The position numbers and the translations under genes were made by a program. Source: a virus. From it: DNA of 64,000 nt. The notes below the pieces were generated by a model. The model had not been told where the DNA came from and ran no database searches. It was given only the letters and a program-made list of their open reading frames with translations. Positions 63,584 to 64,000 of the stretch are shown here, piece after piece. The DNA lies in IMG/VR virus record IMGVR_UViG_3300021956_000012; one strand, written 5' to 3'. Each line of letters starts with the position of its first letter. The stretch's first letter is position 1.

Positions 63584-64000
63584 TTAATTAATAATACTTG
63601 AAAATGCAGGAAAACTACTCGTTGAGCCTGTCATACTATCGAATGGATTAGAACCTGTAAAATCAGGTAATGTGAAATTAGGAATTGTTGTATCTCTGTT
63701 GAGCAAAAGCATGCAATCTGAACAGCAGTCCACTTGGTCGTCTTTTTTCTTAGGGTCGCCATCAAACACTTCCAATTCATCAAAGAAATCTTTATTCCAA
63801 TTAGCTTTAACTACGTTTACAAAACCAGCTTGAGCAATACTAGAGAAAGGAGCAAAACGAGTAATCTTGGATTTAACTGGTTTAGTTAATCTACAACTAA
63901 ATCCCATCTCAGCTAGTTTTCTTTGCAAGTCTTTTGCATAAGCACCAGCAGCTGCAGCAGGGTCTAGTGGAATTGAAATAATTACATCTTGACCATCTTG
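63584..64000 (-). CDS. terL: Terminase large subunit, C-terminal nuclease domain (partial, runs off the window)
   Basis: Frame open to 64000 (QDGQDVIISIPLDPAAAAG); WNKDFFDELEVF...KDDQVD. Confidence 0.85.
   Translation of the reverse strand, partial: QDGQDVIISIPLDPAAAAGAYAKDLQRKLAEMGFSCRLTKPVKSKITRFAPFSSIAQAGFVNVVKANWNKDFFDELEVFDGDPKKKDDQVDCCSDCMLLLNRDTTIPNFTLPDFTGSNPFDSMTGSTSSFPAFSSIIN

Noticed and set aside
1-64000. Stop-codon reassignment
   Set aside because: All core genes are intact in the standard code, TAA/TGA/TAG all terminate genes, and there is no suppressor tRNA
1-64000. Temperate lifestyle or phage RNA polymerase
   Set aside because: No integrase, repressor, ParA or T7-like RNAP in the window

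Overview
About 64 kb (probably most) of a tailed dsDNA phage genome with siphovirus-type morphogenesis genes. Spanins imply a Gram-negative host. No integrase, repressor or phage RNA polymerase is seen, so it appears lytic and dependent on host sigma70. Three blocks: (1) 63-12310, minus strand: early/accessory genes, HNH nucleases, SleB-type hydrolase, HU-like protein, ThyX, a split RNA-repair kit (phosphoesterase, Rnl1-like ligase, kinase) and two deaminases. (2) 12550-34324, plus strand: DNA ligase, Rnl2-like ligase, T7-like primase-helicase, family A polymerase, SSB, exonucleases, resolvase, NrdA/B, thioredoxin, three EndoVII-type homing nucleases and a tRNA-flanked island. (3) 34373-64000, minus strand: lysis cassette, tail, tape measure, capsid, a 9 kb fibre/beta-propeller island between portal and protease, portal and the terminase C-terminus. 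The most unusual locus is 22082-25188, a single-promoter island: tRNA-Arg, a ~340 nt highly paired non-coding RNA, a nucleotidyltransferase-like gene, three tandem paralogues, a PD-(D/E)XK-like nuclease, tRNA-CAU and a D-armless tRNA mimic ending in CCA. Other highlights are a +1 tail-chaperone frameshift, pseudoknot leaders on both paralogous HNH genes, promoters followed directly by terminators, and a repeat-rich divergent control region. All product calls come from motif recognition by eye; no searches were run.
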